From positions 1,760,001 through 1,824,000 of the forward strand of contig OY776215.1 of NCBI GenBank assembly GCA_963675495.1: a DNA stretch of 64,000 nt, read 5' to 3'. This stretch comes from an uncultured Methanolobus sp. (GTDB lineage Archaea > Halobacteriota > Methanosarcinia > Methanosarcinales > Methanosarcinaceae). Position 1 is the stretch's first letter; each line of letters opens with the position of its first letter. Below the pieces are notes generated by a model, which did not search any database, had not been told where the DNA came from, and was given only the letters and a program-made list of their open reading frames with translations. Position numbers and translations under genes: made by a program. This document shows positions 61,701 through 64,000 of the stretch, piece by piece.

Positions 61701-61808
61701 ACTCCCCTGGTTAACGAAGATGGTGAAGTGTATTCGATCGCGACTACTGAGCGGGAGATTAAATCAGGAAACACTCATAAAGAGAACAATAGAACTAAAT
61801 TTCAATAA
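58791..61808 (+). CDS. CheB methylesterase - CheR methyltransferase - coiled coil - PAS fusion
   Basis: GASAGG/VQH/SGTGSDG (CheB); NVTNFFR, GCSTGEEAYS, ATDID, CRNLLIY (CheR); NEEL heptads; C-terminal PAS. Confidence 0.93.
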   Translation: MSIIVTNENSASKEQTQSSKKKNIPAKADESSNVFYHGKFPVVGIGASAGGLIALEDFFSAMPADTIQGIAFVVVQHMSPNHKSMLSEIIRRFTKMQIYDVKDGMGVMPDCIYIIPPNQDMIIMDGILHLLEPSEAHGHRMPIDSFFHSLASDQQEWGIGIVLSGTGSDGTAGVRYIKAEGGMVMAQSPQSSEYNGMPLSAIDTGLVDYVLESAEMPAQLRDYVSQIDVSNSSEEKPRTTHKIEETMQIIFNELLVQTGHDFSQYKQKTLDRRIKRRMVVNNIRRVEGYAHYLQQKPEEVQALFRDILINVTNFFRNPGVFEVFQEQVVPKLFEGKSPGTPVRIWVVGCSTGEEAYSIAILIHEHMEKLKQIFEIQIFATDIDSRTIEHARKGVYPGNISSDISPERLEHFFTHNSEANTYSIQKNIRDMIIFSEQDVIQDPPFSKLDLISCRNLLIYMNKEMQKSLIPMFHYALNPAGFLLLGSSESIGEFSMFFDTLDRKSKLYQSKAEIGEYGHSLGKFFPFPVGIETPLRSSDKYAGEKKFKMRELAEKKLLQQYAPAGVLINERGDILYLHGRTGLYIEMPPGEPAYNILKMAREGLRSPLSAALSKAIVSKEQVTRSGVRVKTNGNFTTINLTIRPVEESTDQNLLMVTFDVPPESEQKAGQVTGDYIVGDTSDDEESVSSLKEELRTMEEYLRASNEELEVSNEELRSSNEEMQSMNEELQSTNEELETSREELQSVNEELSTVNNELQAKVAELSETNDDMNNLLASTGVGIVFVDNQLRIQRFTPAVTKVMNLIPSDVGRPIEHTVSNFSGYNRLIADIQSVLDNLVPLETEVHTNSGEWYTIRMRPYRTMKNTIEGVVVTFQKQTDLLRRLAAVVRDSLDAIALQDKDGHILAWNPMAEKMYGWSEADALNMNASSMVPEDRIEESMDIMKELVKGEVPEPYQTQRITKEGRILNVWVIATPLVNEDGEVYSIATTEREIKSGNTHKENNRTKFQ
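60894..61058 (+). repeat. 21-bp heptad repeats encoding (xNEELxx)n coiled coil
   Basis: About 8 units: SNEELEV, SNEELRS, SNEEMQS, MNEELQS, TNEELET, SREELQS, VNEELST, VNNELQ. Confidence 0.85.
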
Positions 61809-62580
61809 TAGGCACTGACTGCCGCCTATAATAATCGAATAATTCTTTGCCCCACTCAAGAGCAGCAGGACCTGAAAAGGATATACTTTTGTTATCAGAC
61901 ACATTTTCCAGTGTAAATAATCTGAATTTAATGGATTGGCCGGCTACAGTAAAAGAAGTGAACCCAGGACTTTCAGGATACAGGTATAGGGAGATAAGGT
62001 CCAGGTTTATTAGTTCTTTAAAGTCATCATAGTATTCCTGTTTAGCCTTTTTATAAACTTCTTGAGTCATAATGACTGATACCTCTGTAACATGATCTGT
62101 CATCTGCACATAGAAATCGTTAAATCCAGGATGGAGGGCTGATGTGATCTCTAACCACACATGTGATTCCAGGGCTTTTCCAAAAAAATCCTTATCTGTG
62201 TCATAGAAATCCTCCATAGGCATATCAATAATTTCACATTTCCCGATGTTTGATAGTTTATTTAAAAGTAATGGAGGAATGAAATTTATAAAATGTGTCC
62301 CAAAATATTCATAATTTCCACCAAACATATCGGCAGTAGCCAGAAAAGATACCATTTGCTCAACGATCAACTTTCCGATTTGTGTCAATTCATAAGTATC
62401 CTGGGACTTAGATATAAGATGATTTTCTCTAAGTATCTTTATCTGGGGAAGCAACGCTGGTCTGCTAGTATCCAGTAACTCAAGGAGCGCTTTCATTTCC
62501 ATTTGACCTTCCTGCAATAGCAAAAGTACGTTTTTCCTCTTGTCGGATGCAAGTAGTACATCAGTAATTTTTTTCCCCAT
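61795..62580 (-). CDS. Winged-HTH transcriptional regulator (DUF1724-type)
   Basis: ASDKRKNVLLLL, SRPALLPQIKIL, WGKELFDYY; paralog of 13729. Confidence 0.85.
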   Translation of the reverse strand: MGKKITDVLLASDKRKNVLLLLQEGQMEMKALLELLDTSRPALLPQIKILRENHLISKSQDTYELTQIGKLIVEQMVSFLATADMFGGNYEYFGTHFINFIPPLLLNKLSNIGKCEIIDMPMEDFYDTDKDFFGKALESHVWLEITSALHPGFNDFYVQMTDHVTEVSVIMTQEVYKKAKQEYYDDFKELINLDLISLYLYPESPGFTSFTVAGQSIKFRLFTLENVSDNKSISFSGPAALEWGKELFDYYRRQSVPIIEI

Positions 62581-63005
62581 TAAGTTAATCCCCACGATAA
62601 GAAAGGCGAGATTAGATGACATTCCCAATAAATATTGTTAGGGTATGCTGTATAAGTATATAGTATATTATAGGTCAATTTTCAGTTAGCTTTTTAGAGC
62701 AGAATCTTTTTGCCTGAAACGATGATGGAAGTTTTTCTGTTTTTGATTAAACATCTTTCATCCATTTTGTAACAGGCCTGCCAAACATTCTCATTTATGC
62801 TGAGAACAGAATTTACCAATTCAGTAGGTACATAAAAAACAAAAAGCAAGCTGACAAAACTCGCTTTGAATATTATTTGTACCTTCTACTGATGTACGGT
62901 ACTAAATGTACACAATAATTATGCGAACGAATTAAAAAATAAAGATTTTGCCTCACTCTATCCTCTTAATGTTTGAGGATTGCATGAGACAGTTCCAAGT
63001 GTTCT

Positions 63006-64000
63006 TTACCATCCATTATTTCCTTGCTTCTTCTTACCTATAAGGCAATTCCATGAGTTACCAACAAGATCAAGCCTATTGGCACGTTTCAGTCCTTCAT
63101 ATACAAGATTATAGTTTCCAGGCTCCTTGTAATGTAACATTGCTCTCTGGATACTCTTTTCTTTTTGAGAGGTAGCCACATATATTTTCTTCCCGGTGAA
63201 AGGGTTCAGCCCTGTGTGGAACATACATGTTGCAGAAGTCATGGGGGTAGGTGTGAAATCCTGTACCTGTCTGGTATATCGTCCTGTGTCTCTTATGTAT
63301 TCTGCAGTTTCGATCATATCATCAAGAGTACACCCAGGGTGACTTGACATAAGGAAAGCCACAAGGTATTGGTCTTTTCCAATCTTCTTATTTACTTCCT
63401 TATACTTTTGCTCAAACCTCTCAAAGACTTCCCTGGCAGGTTTCTTCATTACAGTGGTCACACTGTCGCAATAATGCTCGGGTGCAACCTTTAACTGCCC
63501 GCTGACGTGGTGAGCACAGAGCTCTTCCATGTACTGCTCATCAAGCAACGCAAGATCATAGCGTACGCCGTAACCCACAAAGACTTTTTTGATACCTTGT
63601 AGGTTCCTGAGCCTGCGCATTAACTCTATGAGTTTCTTGTGGCTGGTGTTAAGCGATGGGCAGGCTTTAGGGTGAATGCATACTTTGTCCTTGCATACTC
63701 CCTTCTCTTCCCAGTTCTTACAATCCATTCCATACATGTTGGCAGACGGACCGCCAAGCCCGTTGATAATGCCCTTGAATCCTTTTATGTTTTTGAAACC
63801 TTCCGCTTCCCTTAGTATGGACTCAATACTTCGGCTTCGTATCATTCGGCCCTGGTGCAGAGCAATGGCACAGAATGAGCATGCTCCAAAACAACCTCTA
63901 TGTGTGGTGATGGAAAATTTAACCAGATCACTGGCAGGAATAATTTCCTTATATGAAGGATGTGTTTCACGTGTGAATGGAAGTTCATATACATGGTCAA
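63006..64000 (-). CDS. YgiQ/UPF0313-family radical SAM protein, 3' part (start outside the window)
   Basis: HRGCFGACSFC at ~63870-63903, GGPSANMYG, LKVAPEH, QVQDFTPTPMT. Confidence 0.92.
   Translation of the reverse strand, partial: DHVYELPFTRETHPSYKEIIPASDLVKFSITTHRGCFGACSFCAIALHQGRMIRSRSIESILREAEGFKNIKGFKGIINGLGGPSANMYGMDCKNWEEKGVCKDKVCIHPKACPSLNTSHKKLIELMRRLRNLQGIKKVFVGYGVRYDLALLDEQYMEELCAHHVSGQLKVAPEHYCDSVTTVMKKPAREVFERFEQKYKEVNKKIGKDQYLVAFLMSSHPGCTLDDMIETAEYIRDTGRYTRQVQDFTPTPMTSATCMFHTGLNPFTGKKIYVATSQKEKSIQRAMLHYKEPGNYNLVYEGLKRANRLDLVGNSWNCLIGKKKQGNNGW

Overview
Core-plus-accessory chromosomal segment of an archaeon, most likely a methylotrophic methanogen of the Methanosarcinaceae (Methanolobus-like). 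This is inferred from the porCDAB operon, archaeal DnaG, RPA, ArcS, a SelB-like GTPase, a core methionine synthase, PGF-CTERM proteins and a methylamine-permease-like APC transporter. It holds about 55 CDS and one tRNA-Lys(CTT). I saw no CRISPR array, rRNA, transposase or integrase. The main observations missing from the ORF track are these. (1) Two paralogous 54-aa membrane microproteins bracket the APC permease, and the first microprotein gene shares a duplicated ~165-nt promoter/leader with the permease that contains an NrpR-like GGAA-N6-TTCC box. (2) There are several small ORFs and decayed genes: a CBS remnant, a PGF-CTERM remnant and a GNAT 5' duplicate. (3) The sensor kinase probably starts at ATT. 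(4) Orphan modules include NurA-HerA, a KaiC-like ATPase with a partner gene, a CheB-CheR-PAS fusion and a VLRF1/baeRF-type release factor. (5) An RNA end-processing neighbourhood contains an Rnl3 ligase, Tpt1/KptA and RtcA. Family assignments come from motif recognition only; no database search was run.
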